From the IMG/VR virus record IMGVR_UViG_3300028833_003520: a DNA stretch of 64,000 nucleotides. One strand, written 5' to 3'. Position 1 is the first letter of the stretch. Every line of letters begins with the position of its first letter. The translations under genes were made by a program, and so were the position numbers. Below, one piece after another: positions 1-8,965 of the stretch. The notes beneath the pieces are model-generated. The model saw only the letters and a list, made by a program, of their open reading frames with translations, did not search any database and was not told where the DNA came from. Source of the DNA: a virus (Duplodnaviria > Caudoviricetes).

Positions 1-342
1 TTCGTTGATGTTCGTAGTGATGTAGCAGTTTCCATCTACACCGTTTTCACGAATACCGAATCCAACAACAACACGATAGGGTCCTTCCATTTCGTCTATC
101 TCTTCGATGCACTTCAATACTCTATTCCAATCAATAAGGAAGTCGCTTGCGTAAGAGTCACAAAATCTTCCTGTTTCTTGAATGAGATAGGTTGCAATGC
201 TTGAAAGATTGATGCAAGAAGCGTCGATATGCTGTGAAGCAAGGATTACATCTTTCTGTTTGTCAAATGCTTTGGTAATAGCCTTGTTGAACTCCCAAGC
301 ATCTGCGTCATAGAATTCCTCGCAATAGTTTTTGTTTGACAT
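1..342 (-). CDS. Hypothetical protein, runs off the left edge of the window
   Basis: ATG at 342 with AAGGAG RBS; open frame MSNKNYCEEF... to base 1. Confidence 0.8.
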   Translation of the reverse strand, partial: MSNKNYCEEFYDADAWEFNKAITKAFDKQKDVILASQHIDASCINLSSIATYLIQETGRFCDSYASDFLIDWNRVLKCIEEIDEMEGPYRVVVGFGIRENGVDGNCYITTNINE

Positions 343-478
343 AGAGTTTCTCCTTTATTGACAGAAAATATTGTTCGGTTTACAATAAAATTGGTTCAGG
401 TGAATTGTGCATATGATGTTCTCCTTTCTGAAAGTAAAGGTAGCAAGTGCGATTGTTGGTGGCAATCGCACTTGTTTT

Positions 479-513
479 ATTATAGCACAATTTTATTGAT
501 AAACGAGCGTTTT
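479..513 (-). promoter_or_regulatory. Extended -10 promoter (TGTGCTATAAT) with CGCTC box upstream
   Basis: Minus strand aaaaaCGCTCgtttatcaataaaatTGTGcTATAAT; same layout at 8857-8892. Confidence 0.6.
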
Positions 514-800
514 TAATCCATTGATTCAACTACTTCGATAACGATATGACGGTCTTCATCAACCGTTATGTAACGAACGAACATATCGAGTAAGATAGGG
601 TCAACGGCTTCAATTTCCGAAGGGTTGCAGTTTGTTGTTGAAACTGTAGGAGAAGCAAGGTCGTCCCACGAGAGTTCGTTGTTACCGACATCTGACGTAC
701 AATCGTAGATATCGACTGTACAGTTGAAATCGAAGTTGTAATCTGATGAAAATTCTCGAAGAGTGATAGGTCGTCTTGGCTTGAACGGGTTATTCATCAT
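513..800 (-). CDS. Hypothetical protein
   Basis: ORF overlapping the stop of the upstream gene. Confidence 0.65.
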   Translation of the reverse strand: MMNNPFKPRRPITLREFSSDYNFDFNCTVDIYDCTSDVGNNELSWDDLASPTVSTTNCNPSEIEAVDPILLDMFVRYITVDEDRHIVIEVVESMD

Positions 801-1362
801 TTTCACCATCCGTTCTGACGTAGCGTGTTACTTCAACGATTCTTGTTTCTTTCCTTGTGACTTTCTTGTGGGTTTTACAGAAGTCAATATAAGCAGCAAG
901 AATATTGTCGCAAAGTTCATCAAACTTGGTGACAAGAAGAACACGGTCTTTGAGTTCACTCATAGACCATTCGTCTTTATCGTTAAAGTCAGCATACTGG
1001 TCAATATCACGACCTGGATAGGTAGAGTAACTACCGTCTTCGTTTCTTTTAGTCTCGTACATTACGAGATAACCGCCAGAGCGTCCGTTGAAACCGACAG
1101 CATAGCCTGTTTCTTCCAAGAAATCGTTTTCAAGACGGTAAATAGCCAATCTTAAATCGAATGGTGTTTCCTCGTAAGCGAGGTTATTCATCATAGTTTC
1201 GATTTCCTTATCTTCAATGCCAAGATTGTAAATTTTTACATTGTTGGCATAGGATTTGGAGAGATTCCAACTATTCATTGTATAGTAGCGGAAATGGTTT
1301 TCAAGGAAATCGACCATAGCCTTACGACTACGAAGGTCAACGTCTTTCTTAAAGGTTTTCAT
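790..1362 (-). CDS. Hypothetical protein
   Basis: RBS then MKTFKK start. Confidence 0.8.
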   Translation of the reverse strand: MKTFKKDVDLRSRKAMVDFLENHFRYYTMNSWNLSKSYANNVKIYNLGIEDKEIETMMNNLAYEETPFDLRLAIYRLENDFLEETGYAVGFNGRSGGYLVMYETKRNEDGSYSTYPGRDIDQYADFNDKDEWSMSELKDRVLLVTKFDELCDNILAAYIDFCKTHKKVTRKETRIVEVTRYVRTDGENDE

Positions 1363-1435
1363 AAATTTTTCCTTTCTTAAAGGGAAGTAAAGATATGACT
1401 GCAAGCAATTTGCTTACAGCCCTTCTTTAAGTTAA

Positions 1436-1843
1436 TTATTCGTTTGATTTGCCGTTCTCAAAGCCATCTTCGTAGGTAGTTAACGAAGGAACGTCATTAT
1501 CTATCAGTTGAGACGGGTTTGCATAACGAGGTGTAACACTTGTTATTTGTTGCTTATATCGGTCAAATACGATGAGATAATGTACGTGTGTATCAGGGTC
1601 AACCCAATCATAGATTTCTATGATATTGGGTGAGTTTAATGTGAACTCATCAAGGCGAGTTATGCTTGGTATTGGCTCTGTTGGTGCAACCGTTTCAGAA
1701 GGTTCTGAAGGTATGGTTGCATCTGTTGACGGAAGTGCTTGGGCAGTTGTTTCGTCGATAGGGTCAACAGGTTCAAGGAAATACGAACAGCCTGTAAGTG
1801 CGATGCTTATAAGCAACGCAAAGATGATTAGTAATTTTCTCAT
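1436..1843 (-). CDS. Putative lipoprotein
   Basis: Signal peptide with lipobox LTGC; P/T/E-rich linker. Confidence 0.75.
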   Translation of the reverse strand: MRKLLIIFALLISIALTGCSYFLEPVDPIDETTAQALPSTDATIPSEPSETVAPTEPIPSITRLDEFTLNSPNIIEIYDWVDPDTHVHYLIVFDRYKQQITSVTPRYANPSQLIDNDVPSLTTYEDGFENGKSNE

Positions 1844-1867
1844 ATGTTTCTCCTGTTATAACGGTAA

Positions 1868-2434
1868 TTAGGTCTTTCCTGTTGAACCGAACCCACCTGT
1901 GCCACGCTCTGTATCGTCAAGTTCATCGACTTCGGTGATATTAGCCTTGAGATAGGGTAGGAAGACCATCTGGGCGATTCTTTCTCCGTCTTCAATCTCA
2001 ACGGCTACCTTGTCGAACATATCAGGGTTACCTGTTTTTGAGTCGATAACCTGAGGTGTATGGTCATTGTGCAATGCAACAATGATTTCACCACGATAGT
2101 CGGGGTCGATAACGCCGACACAGTTTTCAGGTCTGATGTTCTGCTTGCAAGCAAGACCTGAGCGAGCAAAGACGAATCCACCTACGCCCTTGGGTATTGC
2201 CATAGCGATACCTGTGTGGCACATTACTGTAGCACCTGCAGGAATGACGAGAACTTTCTTGCCGTCATTATTGGTGTAAACCATTCCACCTTTAGGACAG
2301 CAATCTGTGTCGTTAATCTTGATGTACAAATCCATACCTACGGCATCTTCGGTGCCTTTGGTGGGTAAATGTGCGTCAGGATTGAGTTTCTTGGTAGGGA
2401 CTTCGATGTCTCTGATGATTTCGTTGAAGTTCAT
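1868..2434 (-). CDS. dut: Trimeric dUTPase
   Basis: Motifs GMDL, ARSGLA, GVIDPDYRGEI, ERIAQ, RGTGGFGSTG; start at MNFNE after AGGAG. Confidence 0.97.
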   Translation of the reverse strand: MNFNEIIRDIEVPTKKLNPDAHLPTKGTEDAVGMDLYIKINDTDCCPKGGMVYTNNDGKKVLVIPAGATVMCHTGIAMAIPKGVGGFVFARSGLACKQNIRPENCVGVIDPDYRGEIIVALHNDHTPQVIDSKTGNPDMFDKVAVEIEDGERIAQMVFLPYLKANITEVDELDDTERGTGGFGSTGKT

Positions 2435-2444
2435 AGTTTTCTCC

Positions 2445-2630
2445 TTATTCAAAATCTTTGTCGGAAAAGTCTGTATAGACTTCATCATTATACTCAATGT
2501 CATATGTTCTGAAGATTTTATCGACGAGAACTATTTTGACTTGGGTATGGTATGGGATTATGGTAGGTGGAGTAGTGTGAAAGGTCTTTGACCTTGATAG
2601 GTAAACTGTATCACCAACCTTAAATCTCAT
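2445..2630 (-). CDS. Small hypothetical protein (SH3/KOW-like)
   Basis: MRFKVGDTV start. Confidence 0.6.
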   Translation of the reverse strand: MRFKVGDTVYLSRSKTFHTTPPTIIPYHTQVKIVLVDKIFRTYDIEYNDEVYTDFSDKDFE

Positions 2631-2696
2631 TTTCTTAAAAAGTGGCATTAAAATCACCCTTTCTTGAATGCCAATTTATCTAATGGCTGAGATGTG

Positions 2697-3098
2697 TTAT
2701 CCAACGGCTGTTTCCAAATTTTCAACAGGGTGTTCAAGAAGGTCTTGAGCAAGTCGAGTTGTAATCTTTATACGGCGATTGGTAGTAATATCAAGTGTAA
2801 TAAACTTGTATTTATGGTTCTTGATATTAAAGCCGATAAACTCGTGGATATGGTTATCTCTTGGGTTACGGAACTGCTTATGCAGAGCCGATTCATCAAC
2901 ACCATATCGTCTTGCGTAGGCAACCCACTGCTGTTCATAAGAGTTAAAGCGTTTTACCATATCACAATTCATAGGAAAAGCGTGGGTAACTTTAACATCA
3001 GGATGGGATTCTTGCCATTCATTAAATGGTGTATCGGTGATAGTATGGAATACTTCGCCGTTCTCTTCGTAGAGTATGCAGAACTTATCCATATTCAT
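2697..3098 (-). CDS. Hypothetical protein
   Basis: ORF in operon. Confidence 0.7.
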   Translation of the reverse strand: MNMDKFCILYEENGEVFHTITDTPFNEWQESHPDVKVTHAFPMNCDMVKRFNSYEQQWVAYARRYGVDESALHKQFRNPRDNHIHEFIGFNIKNHKYKFITLDITTNRRIKITTRLAQDLLEHPVENLETAVG

Positions 3099-3472
3099 TA
3101 CCCCTGCGTGACGCTCTTAAAGTCAATAGCCTCAATGGATTCGGTAGAACCTGTGGCTTTTGCGGTAATGTAGTAGATAGCGGAGTTAGTTACGAACTCT
3201 GCTGTGGCAATGGTTTCAGGCTTCATATTCTGAAGAATGTCTGAGACCTTCTTAACATACTCTTTGCCACCTTCTACGTTTTCCTTGGGGTTCTTAAGCG
3301 TGATGACATCAGTAATGACACAGGGTGTCATTTTGAGGTCTTTTTCTGTCTTAAGGTCACCGCTTTCATACTCGATAAGAACGGCTTTCGAACCGACTGT
3401 AACATTTTCAATCCATACGGATGCTGTCTGATAGTTGGAAATAAGACCGTTAGTTAATGTCAAGTTTTTCAT
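3098..3472 (-). CDS. Hypothetical protein
   Basis: Coupled ORF with RBS. Confidence 0.75.
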   Translation of the reverse strand: MKNLTLTNGLISNYQTASVWIENVTVGSKAVLIEYESGDLKTEKDLKMTPCVITDVITLKNPKENVEGGKEYVKKVSDILQNMKPETIATAEFVTNSAIYYITAKATGSTESIEAIDFKSVTQG

Positions 3473-3948
3473 TCGTTGTCTCCTTTGTTTTCTGAATTTT
3501 TGAGTGCCTCTGCGATTTTATCAATCATTGACTGTGGTACAAAACATTTTCTATCAGAAATAACTTTTTCTGCAAGGTCTTTTGCAAAATTTGTCCTAAT
3601 AAATTCAGGTTTTGCAACAATCCACGAGCCTGTCGGATAAAGTGAGATTCCGTTAGGTTTTGCAATAGGCGGAAGTTTGCTTGGCAACTGTTCTTCAACT
3701 GTGCCTATAAGAACGATGCCTGTTTCCATCTGTTCTTTACACTTTTTACAAGGCTCGTAGTCGATGAACATTTCAGGCTTGGCTTCTTCATCGGAATCTC
3801 TTATGACTTTTCCGTTTTCGCCGATGCGTCTGATTCTACCAGGGACTACGATTGTTTCTTTGCTTTTTCCACAGAAGAAACACATAGGAATAACGGGGTT
3901 CAGTCCGTATTTAGGTGATAATTCTATAGAATCGTCTTTCTTTGCCAT
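3469..3948 (-). CDS. Hypothetical Zn-binding protein
   Basis: CFFC...CKKC. Confidence 0.75.
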   Translation of the reverse strand: MAKKDDSIELSPKYGLNPVIPMCFFCGKSKETIVVPGRIRRIGENGKVIRDSDEEAKPEMFIDYEPCKKCKEQMETGIVLIGTVEEQLPSKLPPIAKPNGISLYPTGSWIVAKPEFIRTNFAKDLAEKVISDRKCFVPQSMIDKIAEALKNSENKGDNE

Positions 3949-3961
3949 AATAAGTCCTTTC

Positions 3962-4333
3962 TTATATGATTCCGTTGGTGCGGAATTCGGTTAAAAGTCC
4001 GTACTTTTTACCGTAGATGGTAAAGAAGTTTCCCCACCAAGCGAGGTCTGCGGTGTCGTAATCACAGATTTCGAATGTTCTCTGCCATTCTTTAGCGAAT
4101 TCGCTTAAAGCGTTCTTATAGAACTGATAAGGCTGTTTGCTGTAGTAAGCAGGAGTGGGTTCTTTAGGACAGTGATAACTACGGTTACCCTTGATTGTAG
4201 GCTGCCAAGCCGCAATCATTCTAAAGAATTCATCTAAACGGTTACCCCATACTCCGTATGGGTTGGAGCCGTCTGCGAAGTCGAACCACTGTGTGTTTCC
4301 TGCTTCTCCGTAGATAGTCTTCTTTTTAGACAT
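3962..4333 (-). CDS. Hypothetical protein
   Basis: Start MSKKK after GAAGGTG. Confidence 0.7.
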   Translation of the reverse strand: MSKKKTIYGEAGNTQWFDFADGSNPYGVWGNRLDEFFRMIAAWQPTIKGNRSYHCPKEPTPAYYSKQPYQFYKNALSEFAKEWQRTFEICDYDTADLAWWGNFFTIYGKKYGLLTEFRTNGII

Positions 4334-4568
4334 TCTTGTCACCTTCTTTCGCAATAGGTGTTTTATTTTCAATAGTTACGGTTGATATAGCGTCGAGGAT
4401 ATCCTCTACGGACATATCAATCCTGTTAGCCGTTTCGAGAAGAAGGGAGTTCCATTCATCATCAGAGAATTGCTTGTCATTTAAGCCAGCCAAAGCGTCA
4501 AGGATTGATTCCTTACTTCCAGTAAGAAGAAGGTCTTTGTACGCATAAAGTTCAGTTGTCTTTTCCAT
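4326..4568 (-). CDS. Hypothetical protein
   Basis: Coupled ORF. Confidence 0.7.
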   Translation of the reverse strand: MEKTTELYAYKDLLLTGSKESILDALAGLNDKQFSDDEWNSLLLETANRIDMSVEDILDAISTVTIENKTPIAKEGDKNV

Positions 4569-5358
4569 AATCGTCTTCCTCCTGTTCGTTTGCTTTATCT
4601 TTTAAGAGGTTTGAAAGATGTTCGGCTTGTGATTGTGAGCAAGCCTTACGGTATTCTTTAACAACCTTTTCAAGTTCACCACGCTTAAATCTTGGTTTTT
4701 GTACTTGTTTTTCATAAAGGCAACGTGCAAAGCCTTTTGTTAATATCTTATTGATTTTAGCAAAATAGGGGTCAAGATGGGGTGGTAACCAAGTGTCTGA
4801 ACGACAAAGGAAGATGAGGTCAAATTGTTCGTTTAAGATGCAATCGAAATCGAACTGAATTATTTCTCTTAATTTCTTTTGGCATTTCAAACCATACATA
4901 TCTTCAGAAACTCTATTCGCAATCCAAGTGATTTCTGTGTTTGGAATAGTCTTCTTGATATGTGTACCCCAGTTGCCACAATCGAGGTTTTTGTTATCGT
5001 TGAAAAGGTCGTGATGGGTGTCAATATTGTAAATATGACAACCTGTATAGTTGCCATTTGAATATTGCTGTGTGATGAAATCAAAGATTCTAACGTGACT
5101 TCCAACACTCATACAGAGTGTATTAAAGTCTTGTTTGTATAGAATACTTATAAGCACATCCAAATGTTCTTTGTCAATTTTAACTTGTCTAATCGCACTC
5201 TCATACGAAGCGTAATGGTTTAACCATATTACTGCCGATAATGAGGATGGAGCATCGTGTCCATCAGGATAGCAATTTCTCATTATCTCTGCGGAGTTAT
5301 GAGGGAATTTTTGAAAATAGTCGAAGTCGATAGACAAGACTTTTAGAATTTTGCCCAT
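4552..5358 (-). CDS. UPF0489-like / arginase-deacetylase-fold metal-dependent hydrolase
   Basis: SIDFDYF, H, NIDTHHD, CGNW, CRS.W.PPH motifs. Confidence 0.6.
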   Translation of the reverse strand: MGKILKVLSIDFDYFQKFPHNSAEIMRNCYPDGHDAPSSLSAVIWLNHYASYESAIRQVKIDKEHLDVLISILYKQDFNTLCMSVGSHVRIFDFITQQYSNGNYTGCHIYNIDTHHDLFNDNKNLDCGNWGTHIKKTIPNTEITWIANRVSEDMYGLKCQKKLREIIQFDFDCILNEQFDLIFLCRSDTWLPPHLDPYFAKINKILTKGFARCLYEKQVQKPRFKRGELEKVVKEYRKACSQSQAEHLSNLLKDKANEQEEDDYGKDN

Positions 5359-5519
5359 AAAAATTCTCCTTTCTGGATGGTAATTACTTGAGCGTTATTG
5401 TTCCGCAACAATTGGGCAAATTGTGAAGGAAAGGGATGCATATATGCAAAGAGAGTGGTGCTACCAATTGATAGCACCACTGTATTGCATTGAAAAATCA
5501 GATGGGATTTTTCTGATAG

Positions 5520-5783
5520 TTAGTCCTCAGTGGAAGTTTGAGCGAATCCTGTCCAATCCTTAAGGATTTCAGGATTTTCCACGATTCCATATTCGTGACA
5601 CGCTCCGTTAACAAGAGTACCGATTTGCTGTGTGAATGTACCTTCTTGATTGTTTGTCGTATAGGTAGCCTCATCACCATCAATCGAGATAATCTTGATT
5701 ACGTTTGCTTTACCATTGTTGTTCTTGTCTTTGCAAGCAAGGACGAACTCTTCGTAGGTGTAGTGAACTTTCATAGATGTCAT
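5520..5783 (-). CDS. Hypothetical protein
   Basis: RBS and ORF. Confidence 0.7.
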   Translation of the reverse strand: MTSMKVHYTYEEFVLACKDKNNNGKANVIKIISIDGDEATYTTNNQEGTFTQQIGTLVNGACHEYGIVENPEILKDWTGFAQTSTED

Positions 5784-5807
5784 CTCCTTTCGATGATATT
5801 TATGGGG

Positions 5808-6053
5808 TTAAGCATTGTCCTCGTAATATTTTTCATACTTTCCGCAATGACAGAATCCTGGTTTGTCTTTGTCACGGAAATCTTTGCACATACAGATGGT
5901 ATCAGGTGTATGTACAAGGCTACAAGGGCAATATGCTTCGCCAAACTGATTTTTGTTCGACTCAAGTTTTTCGTTAATATCGTTAACGAGTTCTGAGTCG
6001 GATGAGTCAAGAATAGGGCGGAGCCTTATCTTGAGTTGCCTATTATTCTCCAT
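5808..6053 (-). CDS. Ferredoxin:thioredoxin reductase catalytic (beta) subunit-like protein
   Basis: YCPC...ICMC...CHC six-Cys signature of the FTR catalytic chain. Confidence 0.85.
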   Translation of the reverse strand: MENNRQLKIRLRPILDSSDSELVNDINEKLESNKNQFGEAYCPCSLVHTPDTICMCKDFRDKDKPGFCHCGKYEKYYEDNA

Positions 6054-6067
6054 AATTCAGTTCCTTT

Positions 6068-6544
6068 CTAATCGCTGATTATTTTGGCGAACTGATTGTC
6101 ACTTGCAAGATGAATTCCAAGTATTTCATCGAAATGTTTTTCCTGACCAGGAATAAATCTTCCGAATTTTACAATGAGATTTGGGTATTCCTTCAGAAGT
6201 TCGATTTTGTCTGCAATTTCATTAGGATAATAGCCTGTATAAATGACGATATCGTCATTTGTTTCTTTTCTGATTGCTTTTACGAGGTTGAGCATTTCGT
6301 CAAATGTGTCAAACGGCTCTAACCCACCAAAGCAAATGGCTTCCGTAATGAAATTGTTGGTGTACTGTTTGACTATGGTACTTTCGTCTATATTAAGTGA
6401 AGAGGCAAGAGCCAGTTCGCTGTTTTGGCAAACTTTGCTCTTGCACTCTTTGTCACACTTAAAACTGCATTTAGGAAACAGTACGACCATACAAGGTTTC
6501 TTGTACTGAAGGAAATCTTCAGGGATTATACCTTTGATTTCCAT
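6068..6544 (-). CDS. nrdG: Anaerobic RNR activating radical SAM enzyme
   Basis: Cys cluster CSFKCDKECKSKVCQN, GGLEPF, YTGY, GRF, SDNQ; adjacent to nrdD. Confidence 0.9.
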   Translation of the reverse strand: MEIKGIIPEDFLQYKKPCMVVLFPKCSFKCDKECKSKVCQNSELALASSLNIDESTIVKQYTNNFITEAICFGGLEPFDTFDEMLNLVKAIRKETNDDIVIYTGYYPNEIADKIELLKEYPNLIVKFGRFIPGQEKHFDEILGIHLASDNQFAKIISD

Positions 6545-6555
6545 AACTTATCTCC

Positions 6556-8574
6556 TTAAAGGTCTCGACTCTCTTGAGCGAGTTTATAGACATCATACCA
6601 ATAGCGTGTTTTGAACTCACGCTTTCTTTCCTTCGAGTAATGACGTACAGGTTCGAAGAATCCGACGATTCTCTGCCAAGTGTCAACAACCTGACCGCCA
6701 CAGTGAGGACAGGTATCTGTTCCTACAAAGGCGTGAAGGTTCTCGCACTGGTTGATACGGGTGTTGAAAGCGAAGTAGATAACATCCATTGATGCGACGT
6801 GGTTGAGAGCGTCCCAAGCCGTGTCGGTGTTCGGGAAGTTGCTCTCAAGGTTGATGTGAGCAATAGCACCACCACTACACTTCTTATCAAGGATTGAACT
6901 GACACGCAGTTTCTCATTGATAGAGCAGTTAGCAGAAAGAGGAATCCACTGGTTAGAGTAGATGAATCTCTTCTCGTCTCTGATGTTGTAGTAGAGGTTG
7001 TCTTTTGCACAGAGGATAACGGCGGCACGCTCTGCAGGTACAGACTCAATATTGAAGTTGTAGTCGGCAGGGAAGTGGTCTTTAACGTCGTTGAGGATTT
7101 CGAAGACTTTCGAAGCAAACTCAATGCCTTCATCTGACCACTCAACTAAGCCAAATTCATCGGTCTTGATAAAGCCGAAGGCTTCAGCAACTTCGTAAAG
7201 ACCAAGAATACCGATTGTGCAATACTGCTTGGTCATATCAATACCGCCACGACCGACGTTGGGAAGAAGTTTCTTCTCAACATTACGCTTGATGATGTGG
7301 CGAATAACATCGAGTGTTTGACAGCATATAGTTGTTCTTTCACGGAGAATACTGAGATAGCGGTCAACATCGTACTGACCATCTTCTTCAGCCGTTTCGT
7401 ATGCAATCTTCATAAGGTTAATGGTATTAACCTTAACAGAACCGATAGAAAGGGCAGTACCACCGATGGAATTGATAAATCCACCGAGTTTCTTTGTATC
7501 AGAGAGGAGTCTGCAACAGTTACTCAATGTACCGACATTATCGGACATAAAGAAGTTGCTATCGTTCCACTTTGTGTTGTGGTCGGAACACCATCTTGCA
7601 AAGTCATTATCCTTGAATATGTTCCACTTCTTTGTCTTATGCATTTCTTTAAGTTCTTCAGGAGTGATGTCATCTCTTTTGAGGAGCGAATAAGTAAGAA
7701 CAGGGAATGTGAACATATTCTTCTCACGAGTGGCTGATACGACTTCCATAAAGACCTTTTCGTGCTCAATGAGGTCTTCGATGTGGTCGATGGCGAATGT
7801 ACCGTCAGGGAATTCTACACCACCGAAAAGGGCTGTGAGGTAAGGTCGGTCGAAAATTGAGACGTTGACGAAAGCAGACTGGTCAACACGGATGAACGGC
7901 TGATTAAGTCTGAAAATCAACTTCTGAAATGCCTGTCGGAGATAGTAGTCTGGATTGTTAATGAGATAGTTATTCTCAACATCGTGTTTCCAGAAGTAGT
8001 AAGTCCAAAGAAGGACATTAGGAAGACCGCAAGCACCTGAAGTTCTGTTGGAATAGAATGAAACGAACTCAATAACATCATCAATGAACGTAGTTAAGTG
8101 CTTAGGCGGTTCGTTATTGTAGTTCTTTGTATTCATCTCATCAGGTGTGAGGAAGTAAATGCCTTCTGTGGCAAGTCTTGTAAGGTCGTAAGCGTAGCAA
8201 TACGGCTTGAATGATGCACTTGCGGCATCGTGGAGATAGAATGCTCCAATCCATTCGAGTTCAAGCCAAGTCTTTGCAGCGTCAAGACCATATCTTTTCT
8301 TATACTCATAAAAGATTTTGTTGAAAGCAAAGAGTTTCTGTTCGGGTTTTGCACACTCATTAAGAAGTGAACAAACATCTTTGTGATGAGCATTAGCGTT
8401 ACCGTCGATAGAAGCGTCGGCAACATTCTTGTCAATGAATCCGTCGATGAAGTCGGTAAAGGCTAACTGACTGTGGTGAAGACCGTTGAGAATCTGAAAA
8501 TCAACACCATAGCGTTTCTTTATGTCTTCAATGGCATATTCGAAATCTTCATCAAGTTTTATGTCAACAAGCAT
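6556..8574 (-). CDS. nrdD: Class III anaerobic ribonucleoside-triphosphate reductase (no ATP cone)
   Basis: YLHD, PYC, TFPV, SNCCRL finger loop, ESVPAE, SGG, C-terminal Zn site and glycyl-radical motif RIVGF. Confidence 0.95.
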   Translation of the reverse strand: MLVDIKLDEDFEYAIEDIKKRYGVDFQILNGLHHSQLAFTDFIDGFIDKNVADASIDGNANAHHKDVCSLLNECAKPEQKLFAFNKIFYEYKKRYGLDAAKTWLELEWIGAFYLHDAASASFKPYCYAYDLTRLATEGIYFLTPDEMNTKNYNNEPPKHLTTFIDDVIEFVSFYSNRTSGACGLPNVLLWTYYFWKHDVENNYLINNPDYYLRQAFQKLIFRLNQPFIRVDQSAFVNVSIFDRPYLTALFGGVEFPDGTFAIDHIEDLIEHEKVFMEVVSATREKNMFTFPVLTYSLLKRDDITPEELKEMHKTKKWNIFKDNDFARWCSDHNTKWNDSNFFMSDNVGTLSNCCRLLSDTKKLGGFINSIGGTALSIGSVKVNTINLMKIAYETAEEDGQYDVDRYLSILRERTTICCQTLDVIRHIIKRNVEKKLLPNVGRGGIDMTKQYCTIGILGLYEVAEAFGFIKTDEFGLVEWSDEGIEFASKVFEILNDVKDHFPADYNFNIESVPAERAAVILCAKDNLYYNIRDEKRFIYSNQWIPLSANCSINEKLRVSSILDKKCSGGAIAHINLESNFPNTDTAWDALNHVASMDVIYFAFNTRINQCENLHAFVGTDTCPHCGGQVVDTWQRIVGFFEPVRHYSKERKREFKTRYWYDVYKLAQESRDL

Positions 8575-8591
8575 TGTGTGTTTCTCCTTTC

Positions 8592-8804
8592 TTACTTATT
8601 GGATTGCTCGTTAAGCCATTTGATTGCGTCTGTGTATGAAAGCATACCTGAATCAGTTTCTAACTGAGGAAAGGTCTGCAATCCTTTGGGGTTATTATCG
8701 GCGGTGACTTCTACGGTTTCGAAATCGACACCTTGCATAGTCATACGCTTTTCTAATACCTTACACGCAGGGCAACCAATGGTGTATAAGATAGGCTTAG
8801 ACAT
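8592..8804 (-). CDS. NrdH/glutaredoxin-like redoxin
   Basis: LYT.GCPAC, TFPQL; start MSKPILY after AGGAG. Confidence 0.85.
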   Translation of the reverse strand: MSKPILYTIGCPACKVLEKRMTMQGVDFETVEVTADNNPKGLQTFPQLETDSGMLSYTDAIKWLNEQSNK

Positions 8805-8856
8805 AATTGGTTTTCTCCTTTCTAAATGGGTGATTTGTTGATTGTGCAACAGAATA

Positions 8857-8892
8857 ATTATACCACATTCTTGCTCAAAAATGAGCGATTTT
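8857..8892 (-). promoter_or_regulatory. Extended -10 promoter of the RNR operon with CGCTC box
   Basis: Minus strand CGCTCatttttgagcaagaaTGTGgTATAAT. Confidence 0.65.
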
Positions 8893-8965
8893 TATGGTTT
8901 TTGTGTTGATTTTCAGGGCTGATTTGCCCATATTTCTATGAGCAAATCAATCACCCTTTAGAAAA

